Positions 49,791 through 63,847 of a stretch of DNA of 64,000 nucleotides are shown piece by piece. The stretch spans positions 121,582,001 through 121,646,000 of the forward strand of contig OZ024744.1 in the NCBI GenBank assembly GCA_964016885.1. Direction: 5' to 3'. The translations under genes and the position numbers were made by a program. The notes under the pieces were generated by a model that searched no databases, was not told the origin of the DNA, and was given only the letters and a program-made list of their open reading frames with translations. Position 1 is the first letter of the stretch. Each line of letters begins with the position of its first letter. The stretch is from Eledone cirrhosa. Its lineage: Eukaryota.

Positions 49791-52730
49791 GGTGGCTGCC
49801 AACTCGTTTTCGAGTACGGCCACTATTTCATATCCATGTAGGAGAACCCCTACCGATGCGCTGAACGAGTGTGACTTTTTAGTCCAGCCAGCGACTTGAA
49901 AACTCTGGTACAAACACTACTCCGGTGACAATTATTGACACATAGTGCTGGGTCCATGGTACCATGTGACGACAAGTGCAGAGAGATCTCCAGATATAAA
50001 GCAATGCCTGTGCCTGAAGCTTCAGGTGCTCCAATTGCTTAAGGTGGTGTCGATATGTGACCCAGGTCTCGCAGGCACAAAGAAGACAAGAGAGCACACA
50101 TGCCTTGTACACCTTTACCTTTGTCCTCCTGCATATGTCTCGCCGACCCCAGAGTCGCCTGTCTAGCTTTCCGAAAGCATCACTTGCTTTCCTAATCCTA
50201 AGTGAGATTTCACTGTCAAGGTTGCTGTATCGATTGACAGTGCTTCCCAGGTAGACAAACTGATCACCACTCCAAGTCGTTTACCATACACATAGATATT
50301 TGGTTCAGTGTACTGCTTACCAGGGGCAGGTTGGTACATGACGACGGTTTTCTTGAGACTGACAGTCAATCCTAGGGCAGTGCAAGCGTCAGAAAATGCA
50401 TTCAAAATGTGCTGCATACCACTCTCTGTGTGCGCCACAAGATCGCAATCATCTGCATACAAGAGGTCTCTTATGATTGATGTAAATACTTTTGTCTTCG
50501 CAGCAAAGCGCCTGATGTTAAATATGATGCCTGAGGTTCGATATCGGACGTAAACACCATGCTTGCAATTCCTGAATGCAATACAGAAAACCATTGCAAA
50601 GTATACGGCAAACAGGGTCGATGCTGGAATATCCCCCTGTTTCACTCCATTTTTTACTGAGATAGGCTCCGACATGTTACCTCCGACATTAACCCAAGCC
50701 TTCATGTCGTCATGGAAAGACCTAACTAAAGCAAGGAACTTATAAGGGCAACCAAGTTTCTGGAGAACCGTCCATAATGCATCTCTGTTAACAGTATCGA
50801 AAGCTTTTGTCAAATCGACAAAAACCTGATACAGATCCTAGCCTTGTTCCATGCACTTCTCCTGGAGCTGTCTAGCTGAGAAGATCATATCAGTAGTGCC
50901 GCGTCCAGCACGAAAACAAGATTGACTTTCAGGAAGAACACAATCTGCATTGTGTGTCAGCAGATGGTCCAGAAGCACCCTACATAAAACTTTCCCCACG
51001 ACAGAATGCATTGATATACCTCTGTAGTTCCCACAATCATTCCTGTACAATACCACCATTACTGCATCTCTCCAGTCCTCAGGTACGGATTCATTAGCCC
51101 ATATCCTGCCAAACAAAGAGTGAAGATGTTGCAGGAGTCTCTCACCACCATATTGTAGGAGCTCAGCATGTATGCCATCCATACCTGGGGACCTTCCACT
51201 GTTCAGCTTCGAGATAGCCACTGCAATTTCCACAAGCGTCGGAGGTTCTGCGAGAGCTACTTTCACAGGACTTTCTGGAATGAGATTGAGGAAATCTTCA
51301 CTGACGACAGACGGCTGATTCAAAAGATCATCAAAGTGCTCTCGCCACCTTCGTAGAATTCCTTGTGAGTCACAAAGAAGTTCATTGCCATCCCTGCTGC
51401 GAAGCGGTGTCACCAGAGAAGAAGACGGTCCATAAACCTCACGCAAGAAACTGTACAACAGCTTTGTGTTATTGGAATCTGACGCAGTTTGTATCTCACC
51501 AGCCTTCTCACTCCACCACTGATCCTTCATCTGAGAAAGACTCCGCCTAACACGTGATTTTACATCCTTGAGTTCCTCATGCAACGTATTCCTCTCCTGT
51601 GGTTTTGCCATCAAGTAGCGAGACAGAGCATGCCTCTTATCAGCCAACAAGTCTTCTATATGTACATCATTCTCATTAAACCAGTCCTGATGTTTTCTCT
51701 GCACAAATCCCAGAACACGCCTGCCTACATCATAAACTGACTTTTTAAGGGTCGGCCAAACCTCACCAAGATCTGCAGCCTGCATCTCTTCTTCCAATGT
51801 CCCCTTCACATTTTTATCCTTAAGACGAGCAACATTCAATCTTTTGGGCAGGGCAACACCAGGAGCCCGGATTTTACGTTTAGTGATTAGTTTCACTTTT
51901 GCGCGTACCAGGCGGTGGTCCGTCCAGCACTCAGCTCCACGAAGAGCACGAACACACTGCACATCCTGTCTGTCACGCATCCTGACTAGGACGTAGTCCA
52001 AAAGATGGCATTCCTTAAATGCAGGATGCATCCATGTGGTCTTGAATTTGTTCTTTTGTTGGAACATGGTGTTGGTAACACACAGATCCAGCTCCTCACA
52101 CATCTGCAGCAGGAGCGTACCATTGTTGTTACACTTTCCCACCCCATGCCTTCCGATTACATTCCATGTGTTAAAATCCCTACCCACTCTAGCATTAAAG
52201 TCACCAAGCACGATGACTTTGTCTGCCTGAGGGATATTTCTTAAAACAACTTTCAAGGCATGGTAAAAGGACAGTTTTTCTTCATCGACAGAATTCATAG
52301 TCGGAGCGTACACACTCACCAGGGTCGCATATCTTCCTTTGTCCAGCAGAATTCTCATGGACATAAGACGCTCACTAATCCCTACTGGGAATTCTTCTAA
52401 TTTATTGACAAGAACAGTCTTAACAGCAAATCCTACCCCAGCCTCTCTTCTGGTTCCTTCATCTCTTCCTTTCCAGAAGAATGTATATTCCACAAAATTC
52501 TGTAAGATGACCATCTCCAGCTAGCCTCGTCTCAGATAAAGCCACGATGTCAAGATCGTAACGCCGAAGCTCCTTTGCAACAAGAGCGGTCCTTCGTTCA
52601 GGACGCTCCAAGGAATCCCTGTCAAGCAGTGTCCGTACGTTCCAGCAGCCAAGACTAAATGCCTTGTTTGGCTCTATTACAATGGCACGATGACGAGCGG
52701 GCCTAGGCTGTGATAACCTGGGGCCCCTGC
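49791..52730 (-). mobile_element. RTE/BovB-like LINE, near full length, with frameshifts, a stop and an internal 3' deletion
   Basis: LGCWNVRTL..PERRTALVAKELRRYDLDIVALSETR; SVYAPT, LGDFNARVG, TWMHP, LLDYV, CWTDHRLV; SPGMDGI, NYRGIS, KAFDTVNR, GVKQG, LYADD. Confidence 0.94.
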
Positions 52731-52850
52731 CCTTATTGCCAATTATCTTTTTTGTTCCAGAACCTAAATTGTCAATTATCTCTTTTACATTGTTCTGGAA
52801 CATCATTGAATTGGAAAAAAAAAAAAAAAATAATAATAATAATAATAGTA

Positions 52851-55426
52851 ACATCTGGAGATGCCGCAGCCTCAACGCATGTCTGCGCATCATTAGCCAC
52901 GTGATGCCCAGCCCTCCGCGTAGAGGGTGCTGGCAGCAGATGGACCGCCTCACCAACGGAACTTGTCCTCTCCACAAGAATTTGAAGAGGAGCCGTTCCA
53001 ACTTGACGAGGCGCGGACGGGGGCAAGGCACGACGGTTAGGCGGTAGTAGATGACGGACGCGATGTACGCATTCGCCACCTCCGCGCGACCTTTCAGTGA
53101 TAGCTTCCTCCCAGCCCATTTTGGGGTGAGACTGGCTACTCTGTTCGTTACCTCGTCCCAATTCTTTTCCACCTGGAGGTCTGATTCGAACCAAACCCCG
53201 AGCAACTTTACCGGTCCGTCGGTCCAGCGCCCCACGACACTGTTGGACGGCATGGGCTTGCCTCTCCAGGTTCCGAGCTGCAAGCCCACCAACTTTTCCG
53301 GGTTAAGTTTGGCTCCTGTCAACCTTTCATATTCCTTCAATAAGGTACCGACCACCTCGATTTCTGAGGTGTTCGACACCATCACGGTGATGTCGTCCGC
53401 ATAAGCCGACACCGCCTTTCCACGTCCCGGTTCGAGCGGGATGCCCTGCAACAGCTCCAGCTTCTGCAGTAAAGGCTCGAGAGTCAATGCGTACAGAAGG
53501 GAGGAGAGAGGGCACTCTTGACGGACCGATCGGGAGAGCCGAAATGTTTGCGAGAGGTGGCCATTAACCTTGACCACCGAGCGTGTACCGCTGTGCATTG
53601 CAGCAATCCAGCTTCTGAAGACAGGGCCGAAGCCAATTGCTTTGAGGACAAACTCCAGATACCGATGGTCGACCCTATCGAATGCTTTCGATTGATCTAA
53701 ATTGATCAGTGCCCCACCAAAGCCAGGTTTACACCCTACCCTCTCTATGATGTATCGCATGAGGTGGAGATTGTCGTGTATGGACCTGGCTGTGATTGCG
53801 CAAGTTGCGCCTCCCCAACCAAATCTTCGACGACAAGCGCCAATCTCTTTGCTAACACCTTGGCCAAAATCTTAAACTCTGTGTTGAGCAGAGTTATGGG
53901 CCTGAAGTTGTCTAATGTATCCCTCTTGTTCTCGTCTTTCCTTATCAGCGTCACCACTCCCCTGCTCACAGAACTGGGAATACTCCCATTCTGCTGCCAG
54001 TTGCGGTACAGTGATTCGAGGAGTTCGGAGAACAAGTCTGGCATATTAACGTAAAGTTCGTAGGGCAGACCATCCAAACCGGGTGACTTGCGCCTTATGC
54101 AGCCGACAAGGGCGTCCTGAATTTCGGCTGAAGTAATCGGCCTTTCGCAGTGCTCAGCGTCGACCGTCGAGATGCGCAGCAAGCCGTCAAGGTAGGGACT
54201 GAAATCCGCTACTCTCTCTGACTCGCCACTCTCCCCGAACAACCGAGCAAAGTGCTGGCGAAAGGCCTCACACATCCGCTTGAAATCGCTTATCTCGTGT
54301 CCGTCTCGGTCCGCCAAAGACCGAATTGTGGTTTTATTACCACGCTGCGCCTCCGCCACGCGGGCCCATCGAACAGCTTTGGTTCCCTCGTTTCTCAGCG
54401 CACGCGCCTTAGCTCTGACAATGCAACCTTCGTGTTTCGCATTGAAGAAATGGTCTAATGCCATTCTCGCCGCTAGCACGTCAGTTGCAATGCCACTACA
54501 AATATCCTCGTCTAACTTATCTACCCCTCCTTTCTATTTTTCTCTAACGCTAGTTCTTTGCTGAACTCTATCGAAGTTACTCTAATCTCTCTTTTGAGAG
54601 CCCCCCACCATCTGTTGTTGATGATCCCTCCTGTCAACTTTTGCTTAACTAAATTGTTGACTCGGTCCCTTTAAGCCTTACGTGCCGGAAATGACATGTT
54701 CAGCTTCCAGTAACCCGGTCCTAACCTACGCGTTTTATCTAGGCCGACCGTACAGATCACCAATTTGTGATCTGAATAGGCGACCGTTTTAAAAAGTGGG
54801 CAGCCCACACTATTTCTATCTATTTTCCTAATGAAGATCCTGTCTATATACGATCTAGATGACCCCATTCGGTTGGTCCATACTGGCACATTGGGGAAAT
54901 CTAGTCGATACCTGTCAGACAGTTGGAACTGGCTGAGTAGGTGCTTGAGGCTTTTGCACCCCCCGCTCCTATCGGCTACTCCCACACAATCCCAGCGTGC
55001 GTCTAAGATGCTATTCCAGTGCCCCGCTAACAGTAAAGGGCGAGACGTACCCAGAAAGGTCTCCAGGCGCCTAAAAAAGTCCGGTCGTCCGGCCCCAGTA
55101 GGGGCGTAGACGGCCAGCAGTCTAAAGGCACCACCTTCGCTACTGCTCACATCCAAGACCACCAACTTACCGTCCGGGTCCCGGAAGATCGACCTTACCT
55201 CGAGATCCAGTCCTTTCCTAAACAGCACTGCCACCCCCCCCCCCATTCCCGGTCTACTAACAGATGCGAAGATCTGATAGTCGTCGAAAATGGGGGCTAG
55301 TGCGCGCGTGTCGGAAATTCTGGTCTCGCTGACGGCAATCACATCCATTTCCAGTGACTTGAGGTCATTGAGCAGGCGACCCTGCTTCCAGGGAACATTT
55401 AAACTTCCTACTCTTAATATGGCCAT
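52851..55426 (-). pseudogene. Tx1-like ORF2 (APE plus RT), copy A
   Basis: ORF pieces 54671-55426 (SLNV, SETR, VYAP, YIDRI, YSDH, GPGYWKLN), 53745-54479 (KSPGLDGLP, FRPITLLN) and part of 52459-53760 (DQSKAFDRV, AYADD). Confidence 0.92.
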
Positions 55427-55455
55427 ATTGGTAAGCTAAGAGAGAGAGGGAAGGT

Positions 55456-57422
55456 TTACTTACCTCCCGGGGTCTTGTGAAGGTCGGGTGGTTCGACCTC
55501 CATGGTTGGTGGGGTTTCTTTTGGGAACCCCTTTAAAAGTCTTGATGTGGGTTTCACATTCAGGATTCCTACGTCTTGAGGAAAGCTCTCTCGAATTTCT
55601 TTGAAGGAATTGAGTGACATTCGGACCAGAAGCAAATCTTCTGGCACGCAAAATGTGCTCATTTCAAAAATCTCCCCCTCTGTTTGAATGTCCTCGCTTC
55701 GTGCTAAGAGGGCCATCAGTTTATCGTTGGCCCTTCTGACAAGCACGAAGTTTTTAACATTTTGTTGGTGTGGTTTTATTTGTTTTCGTTTTGGTGACTG
55801 TAATGGTGATGGTTTTGGTGGTGTTGTTTCGGGTATGTCTGTGTTTGTTGTAGGTGTGGTGTCTGCAATTTCAGGTATTTGTGTGTTTATTTGTACTTGT
55901 GTTTGTTTAGGTTGTTTGCGTTTCGGGGATTGTGGAGGTGGTGTCGATGTTGCTGTTGGTGATGATGTTATTGGGGAAGTGTTTGCGTTAGAGGTGTCTG
56001 TATTTTTTGTTGTGTATGTTTTTGTGTTTTGTTGGGGCTTTTTTTTGTGAGTTTTCTCTGTTTTTTTTTGCACTTTTGGGTTTTCCTTCATCTTCGCTGC
56101 TGGAAGACAAAGGGTCTGTGGCTGTGAGTGTCTCTGTGTCTGTGTGTGCGTTTATTGTTTTGTCTATGAGTATAATTGAGGGGGGAGGGAGTGGGAGAGC
56201 TTTCCTCGTTTTCCCCTTGGATTGGTTTTGGTGTTGGTGGTGATCCGGCTGTTTTTGATGTTGGTGTCCGTGTTTTTGTTGGTGTTGTTTTTGGTAGTGG
56301 TGCACATTTCCGTGCTGACACTGGCGTTGGCAACAAAGGAGGTTTGCAACCTCCTGCACTTTTGCGCTGAGAGCAGAAGGATTGCAGATGCGTTGCTTCC
56401 CCGCAGACGAAGCAGCGTGGCCTTCTGCCGTCAATGATTAGTTGGATTGTTGTCCCGTCCTGCAGGCGGGCAAAATCCGGGATGTTGTTCATGTCCTCCG
56501 GTTTCATTTGGAGAAGAATCTCCAAATCCATTCCGGACCAGTCCTCTCTCTCTGTCTTTTTGATATCCAGGAGGGTAATGTCTGTCCCCTCTTCGATTAC
56601 GCATCCCAGCAGCCACCATATGTTCATTCCTGGTGGGATGCTGGGAATGCGTACCTTTGCTGTCCTTTTACCCATGTAGGACGGATGCATGATAATGCGT
56701 TCCGTTCTGCAGGGAGTCACCGTGTGCTTAATAGCGAGGGCCTCGGTTTTGAACAGTACCGAGATGGTACCGAACTGTTTGCCTCTTGCTTTATACTCTA
56801 TGTTACTTCCGATGCACTTCAAAGCAGCCTCGACCTGTGCTTGGCTGGCAAGTTCCACTTTTCGTGTCTGCACCGAAATGCATCGAAAGAACACCGTCCT
56901 CCTTTGCATGGCCGCTATTGCCTCGTCCGGGATGGTCAGGTTTGCCCAGGACTTCTCCCGTTTAATTAGCCTCCACGCTTGGGCCAACTGTTCGTCTTTA
57001 TCGCTAATATCGATATTAATATTCAATAAGCGCTTTGTTTATGCTGCTGCTGCAGAAAATGTGGTGCTTCTGATGTTCTTATTGTTAGTGTTGTCATTCC
57101 TGCTGTTGTTATTGGTGTTGTTGTTGTTGTTTTGTTTGTTGATGCTGTTGCCACCGCCATCCGTGTTTACATTGAAGCTGTCGGTGTTTTTGACGTTATT
57201 GCTCTGAGTTGTTGTTGTCGTGGTGGTGGTGATGTTGTTTTCAGATGATACTGCTGCTATCACAGAAGGTTGTGATGGTAGCTTTTTAGTTTTGCCTTCA
57301 CATTCAGTAGAGTGGATAACAGGCATGACTGTAGCCGTCGTAGTCGTGGTGAAATCTACAGTGGCTGCTTTTAAACTTTTGACCTGAACGTTGTTGACCG
57401 TTTCAAGGTCGAACATTTCCAT
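55456..57422 (-). pseudogene. Tx1-like ORF1 (gag-like, CCHC knuckle), copy A
   Basis: 57039-57422 and 56088-57026 are in frame across one stop. Contains CFVCGEATHLQSFC. Frameshifts into 55456-56091, which ends 29 bp before the ORF2 ATG. Confidence 0.82.
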
Positions 57423-57647
57423 AATTTTTTTTGGTGGGGAAACGATTTTTTTCGAAGTTTTTAAAAAATAAATCTGAATATTCGGGCTTAAAGCGCAAAT
57501 ATTGAGAGCTATCCCTCTCTTGAAATCAAGATGTCTACCTTAAGTTTCGTTAACGACAAGAAAATACAAAAAATGACACTTTAAAACAGCTTAAAGTTAC
57601 GAACCATTCCCCCCGCAGATTTGTACTGTCTTCACACATGTGCGGCC

Positions 57648-57977
<330 letters not shown>

Positions 57978-57988
57978 ATAACAATAAC

Positions 57989-58023
<35 letters not shown>

Positions 58024-58272
58024 TTTCTTTATTAACCACAAGGGTTTACATAAAGTAGACATTAAGGACAGTGCAGGACAATACAGGACGGTACAAATGG
58101 GCATTTCTGCGTGTAAAAAACAAAAACAGAGGATGTAACAAAAAAATAACAATGAAAAATTCCCCAATAGGGGGGAGACTTCGGAGGGACATTTGTGGAG
58201 AAAGCCCAGTAAAAGGCCACAATGACCCTGACCACCAAGGCAAGTGCCCTCTCCCAGTTTTCCACCTTTAAT

Positions 58273-61200
58273 TTACAGATATATACTCAGAGTAGGCCCA
58301 TTCACTCGGGCCATTCTTGCTTCTCTCACCCATCTTTCAACAAAATGCTGGGAAGGGAGCACTTCCCTCTCTACTCTGATTTTCCTTTTCAAATGAAATT
58401 TGAAAAAGTCAATCAGAGCATCACCGAAGAGGTAAGTGCTCGTCTTCAGCCCTTTCAAATGTGTCCACCATACTATCTCTTTCGCCATGGCCACCAGACA
58501 GATAAAAACTGCCTGCCCTTCCCGGCTAAAGGAGGAGGGCGGGGCAATCCTCACGATGGACTCAGATGATAGCCGGATCCGTCCTAAACGCGACAGCAGG
58601 TGTTCGACATAAACCCACAAGTCAGCAATTTTCGGACACTGGACGAGTGCGTGCAGGACGGTTTCGTCGCCCTGCGCGCATCTCGGACATGCCCGGCTGA
58701 CGGCACCTCCATGCCTGTAGAGTTTATCCCGAACTGGCAAGGCTCCTCGGTAGCACTGCCAGGCCAGAGATTTCTGGAAGTTGTCCATAGGCCCTGGCCC
58801 GAAAGTTCTTCCGAAGAGATTGGCTAGTTGATTTTCGTCGACGCCTAGAGTTTCCCCAAGTACGCCGTCGCTCTTCCCCTCCACTAATCCTCTATAGAAC
58901 GCTGAGGTGGAGTTTCCACCGATCACGTTGCCCGATTGGTCGAGGGCTGTGAGCGCCTGAAGACATTCCAGTCTCCAGGCGCTCCCTCTCGGTCTTCGCT
59001 TGACCCAGGACTGCAGCTCCGTCAAGGAAACGAGCTGGGGAAATACGTGTCTAGCAAACGGCGACCACACCTGATCACCGTCGAGGAAGAGGTGGAGATG
59101 TCGTAGCCTGAGCGCGTGCCTGCGCATCATCAGCCACGGCATGCCCAGCCCTCCACGTAGCGGGTGTTGACAACAGATGGACCGCCTGACCATCGGAGCG
59201 CGTCCCTTCCACAAAAAGCGAAAGAGCAAACGCTCCAGCACAGTCAGGCGAGGCTTAGGACAAGGTACGACGGTCAGGCGGTAGCAGATGACAGACGCGA
59301 TGTACGCGTTAGCCACCTCTGCTCGACCTTTCAGGGATAGCTTCCTCTCCGCCCATTTCTGGGTGAGAGAAGCCACCCTGCTCGTCACCTCGTCCCAGTT
59401 TTTGTCCGTCTGGAGGTCCGGACCGAACCAGACCCCTAGCAATTTAACCGGTCCGTCCGTCCAGCGTCCGACGACGCTGTTGGACGGCATGGACCTGCCT
59501 CTCCAGGTGCCGAGCTGCAGGCCTACTGAATTTCCTGGTTGATCATTGCTCCTGTCACCACTTCGTATTCTCTTAGTGTAGTGCCGATCGCCTCGATGTG
59601 TTTGGCGTTCGACACCACTACTGTGACATCGTCCGCATATGCTGACACGGATCTTCCGCATCCTAGTTCGCGTGGAATGCCCCTCAACGTCTCCAGTTTG
59701 TGAAGTAATGGCTCGAGAGTCAATACGTACAAGAGGGACGAGAGGGGACATCCTTGGCGGACTGAGCGCATGATGTTGAACGGTTCCGACAGGTGACCGT
59801 TCACTCTCACCACAGAGCAGATGTCGCTGTGCATGGCAGCGATCCAGCCTCTGAAGACGGGCCCAAAGCCAGCCGCCCTCAGGACTGCCGCTAGGTAACG
59901 ATGGTCGACCCTATCGAAAGCTTTCGACTGATCTAAATTGATCAAGGACCCACCCGTGCCAGGTTCCCTAGCTACCCTCTCTACGATGTATCGCATGAGG
60001 GGGAGGTTGTCGTGGATGGATCTGTCGGGAATGGCGTATGTCTGCGCCTCTCCCACCAGACCATCAACGACAAGCACCAACCTCTTTGCTAGCACCTTGG
60101 CCAAAATCTTGAACTCTGTGTTTAGCAGAGTTATGGGCCGGAAATTATCTATGTTATCCCCCTTGTTCGGATCCTTTCTCAGCAGCGCCACCGCTCCTCG
60201 ACTCACAGAACTGGGAATTCTCCCGTTCTGTTGCCAGTTGCAGTAGACGTCCGCCAAGAGGCCTCCGAACAAGTCTGGCATCTGTACGTAAAGTTCATAG
60301 GGCAGACCATCCAAACCAGGCGATTTACCCCTTGTGCAGCCAGTCATTGCCTCCCTTACTTCAGCGGCTGTTATCGGCTTTTCGCAACACTTCGCCTCAG
60401 TGGCCGAGAGCCACGGCAGTCCGTCGAGGTAGACACTAAAGTCCATCCCTCGACCCGGCCCACCGCTGCCCCCGAACAGCTGAGCGAAGTGTCGCTGAAA
60501 AGCTTCACACATTTGCCCGGGATCGAGTAGCATGCGCCCGTCGTGGTCCACCAAAGACCGGATCGTGGCTTTGTTGCCACGACGCGCCTCCGCCACTCGG
60601 GCCCATTGAACGGCTTTCGTCCCCTCGTGTCTGAGAGCACGCACCCTTGCTCTGACAACGCAGCCTTCGTGCTTTGCATTGAAGAATTGGTCAAGGGCCA
60701 ATTTCGCCGCAAGCACGTCGGTCGCAATGCCTTTGCTAAGCGCCTCGTCTAATTTTCTAACTAGTTCTCCCTCTGCTCTATTTTTCTCTATTGCTAAAGC
60801 CTTACTAAACCTAATGGATTCTATTCTAATCGCTCTTTTCAGAGCAAACCACCACTTGTTGTTGACGATGGCCCCCGTCAACGCCCGCTTAACTAGTTCG
60901 CTAATCCGGTCTCTGTAGGCCTTGCGCGCTGGTAAGGACGCGTTTAGCTTCCAGTAGCCGGGTCCTCGTCTATGAAGCCTATCTAAGTCAAGCACACAGA
61001 TCACGAATTTGTGGTCCGTGTAGCTGACTATCTTGAATTGTGGACAGCCTATGCTAGACCTATCTATTTCCCTACAAAATACTCTATCTAGATATGATCT
61101 GGATGACCCTATGCGATTTATCCAAGTCCACATTGGCACATTCGGGAAATCCAATCGGTACCTGTCAGGCAGTTCAAAACGCCTGAGCAGGTTGGTGAGG

Positions 61201-61690
61201 CTCTTGCACCCTCCACCCCTATCCGCTAATCCCACACATTCCCAGCATGCATCTAAGATCCCGTTCCAGTCGCCCACTAACACTAAAGAGCGGGACGTTC
61301 CAAGAAAGGTCTCCAGACGCCGGAAGAAATCAGGCCGCCCTGCTCCTGTCGGGGCATAGACGGCCACTAGCCTGAAAGCTTGCCCGTCTCCGCTGGTCAC
61401 GTCCAGCACCACCAACTTACCCTCTGGGTCCAGGAAGATGGCCCGTATGGCGAGATCCAAACCTCTCCGAAAAAGCACAGCAACTCCTCCCCCGATCCAG
61501 GACGGCTGGGAGATGCGTACACATCGTAGCCGCCGAAGATTGGTGCGAAGGCCCGTGCTTCGGAGATTCTGGCCTCGCTGATGGCCACTACATCTATGTT
61601 TAGTGACCTGAGGTCGTTGAGCAGGTGACCCTGCTTCCATGACGACCCCAAGCCACGCGCATTTATGCTGCCTATTCTGAGTGAGGCCAT
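58273..61690 (-). pseudogene. Tx1-like ORF2 (APE, RT, C-terminal CCHC), copy B, two frameshifts
   Basis: MASLRIGSINARGL, VYAP, GDWN, YLDR, YTDH, KSPGLDGLP, DQSKAFDRV, SVRQGCPLS, AYADD, CPRCAQGDETVLHALVQC. Frameshifts near 61500 and 59530. Confidence 0.93.
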
Positions 61691-61725
61691 GTTTAAAATA
61701 GAGTGGAAAAGTTGGGAAAGACCAC

Positions 61726-63847
61726 TTACCGTACTTTTCGTAGAGGAGGGATGGTTTTTACATCCCTTTTCACTTGATCGTCTGGTGAAGGGACCGTTGA
61801 ATCGTCCCTTCGGCTGGTCATCGGCTCTTCTATGAGTATGTCCGAATATACTCTTCGGTTGATAGTTCCTCCTAGGTCTCTGAAATCACCAACTGCGTTG
61901 GGGAATTTCGTTTTAATGTTTGTGTATTGTTTCTGTGCTATTTTTAGCAGTCTTATGTTAGTTGGCGTTTTGATTGGTGCTGGTATTATGTAGTCGTGTT
62001 GTGAAATGTCTGTGTGTTCAATTATGTAAGTCATTAGTTTCTTGTTGTGTATTTATTGCCGTGCATTTGTTTTTCTGGGGGTGGGGTGTGGTTCTGCTAT
62101 TTTCTTGTCGTTTTTGCTGGGTGTGTGTGTTTTGTTGTTGTGTTTGCGATGTTGGTGCTTGTGGTGGTGGTGTTGAAGGTGTTGTTGTTGTTGGCGGTGG
62201 GGTTGTCGCCGGTGGTGATGGTGGTGCTAGTGTGGGTGGTGATGGTGTTGGTGGTGTTGCTGCTGTGAGTCTCTTTGCAGTAGACTTTACCCTTTTTTCA
62301 TTTCTTTCCTCCCTTTTCAAAGGCGACGATGCGCTGCTTCTGCGTTTGTGCCTTCTTACGACCTTTTGCCATCCCTCTCCCACCTCACACTCCATGTCTG
62401 ATTCTGTGAGGTCGGGGAGGGGTACCAGCTCCACTCTTTCACTTGTTGTTGTTGGTGATGTTTGCACTGGAGTCTCTGTTGCAGCTGCATTTGGTATTGC
62501 TGTTGTTGTTGTTGTTGTTAATACTTCCACTGCTGCTGCTGTTTTTGATTTCCGTGGCGTGGGTATGGGTGCCACTGACCTATCGTTCCTAGTTGCCGCT
62601 TGTCCTGTTGCTGGTAGCCGTGGAGCCGATTTCGGAAGGAGGGGGGTTTTCTCCTTTCTCAGGGTCTTCTTGTTGCAGAAGGCCCTGAGGTGAGTCTTCG
62701 ATCCACAGCGAAAGCTTTTCGGGCGTTTGCCCTCAACACTTATGGGCAGTTGAGTGCCGTTATCGAAGTCTATCACATCCGGGATAGCTTCGATGCACTC
62801 CTGGTTGGTTTGGATTAACATCTCAATGGAGGTGCCGACCCAATCTTCTCTTACTTTTTTCTGTACTTGCAGTACAGTTGTTTTGTCCTCGATTCCGACG
62901 AGGACAGACGCGGCCAGCCAAGAAGGGGCCATCCCGGGGGGGGGGGGGGACGTGGGTCAGTTTGACCCTCACAATTTTTTTTGCCCGCAGTAGGAGGGCA
63001 CCAACACCATTTCCTCGCTCCTTAGGGTCACTACGGATTGAGCCTTTGCCTCCTGGGATGTGGTAAAAAGTACGTTTACGGTGGCATATTTCTTGCCTCG
63101 GGTGATGTGTGTTTTCCGCTGCCACACAGACCCCAAAGCTTTTTGTATTTGAGCCTCTGTGGATCTTTCCACCCTACGGGATTTTGTACTTACTGTACGG
63201 TACGTGACCGTACAGTGCTGTTGGGTTTCGAAAAATGTTTCCGCTGCCTTGCAGATTGCTCGGTGTCCATTCTTTGTCACCATCTTCTTCGCTTCCTCTA
63301 ATTCCTCATTTGTTATGAGGATTGTTTCCAGGTTCTTCGCGATACCTGCAAATGAGATTGGTTTTTCTTTGCTGCTGTTGTTGTTGTTGTTGTCGTCAGA
63401 GCTGCTGTTACTTTTGTTGTTGCTGCAGGTACTACGACTACTGCCGCCGCCGCTGTTGCTGTGGTTGTTGTTGTTGTTACTGCTGCTAATGCTGTTGTTG
63501 TTTATGCTGCTGCTGATGCTGTTGCGGCTGCTACTGTTGTTTTCATTGTCACTGTTGCTGTTGTTATTACGGCTGCTACTGCTATTATTCCTGACGTCAG
63601 ACGAATGAAATGGGTTTTCGTATTTCCCGCACACCTGTTTCGTCGTTGTCGTCGTCGTCGTGGAGAAATCTTGCACGCTTTGCACGAGACTTTTCTTTTC
63701 TGTCGTCGCTTGCGAAAGAGAAGGGAGGGAGAGAGACACATTTAAAGAAGGGAGGGAGAGAGACAATCTTCTCTCTGCTGTAGTGACGATTGAGGAAGAA
63801 GACGGAATGAGTGGGAGTGACCTATGAAAATTCTTTTTCGTAGCCAT
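61726..63847 (-). pseudogene. Tx1-like ORF1, copy B, frameshifted
   Basis: Segments 62969-63847, 62018-62932 and 61726-62034 are homologous to copy A ORF1 (TRGKKYATVNVLF vs ARGKQFGTISVLF; PSYCG vs PSYMG). The knuckle is SFRCGSKTHLRAFC, with the first Cys lost. Confidence 0.85.

Larger units (their letters stand above)
52851..57600 (-). mobile_element. L1/Tx1-like LINE copy A, 3'-truncated and degraded
   Basis: Two-ORF layout. ORF2 is clearly homologous to copy B and stops after HALRLRHL at a (TAA)n/poly-A junction. The 5' boundary is approximate. Confidence 0.9.

Noticed and set aside
52459-53760. 433-aa ORF as a novel RT-endonuclease fusion protein
   Set aside because: It is a chance read-through from truncated Tx1 RT, across (TTA)n/poly-T, into the RTE 5' end, and it leaves the RTE frame after a short stretch.
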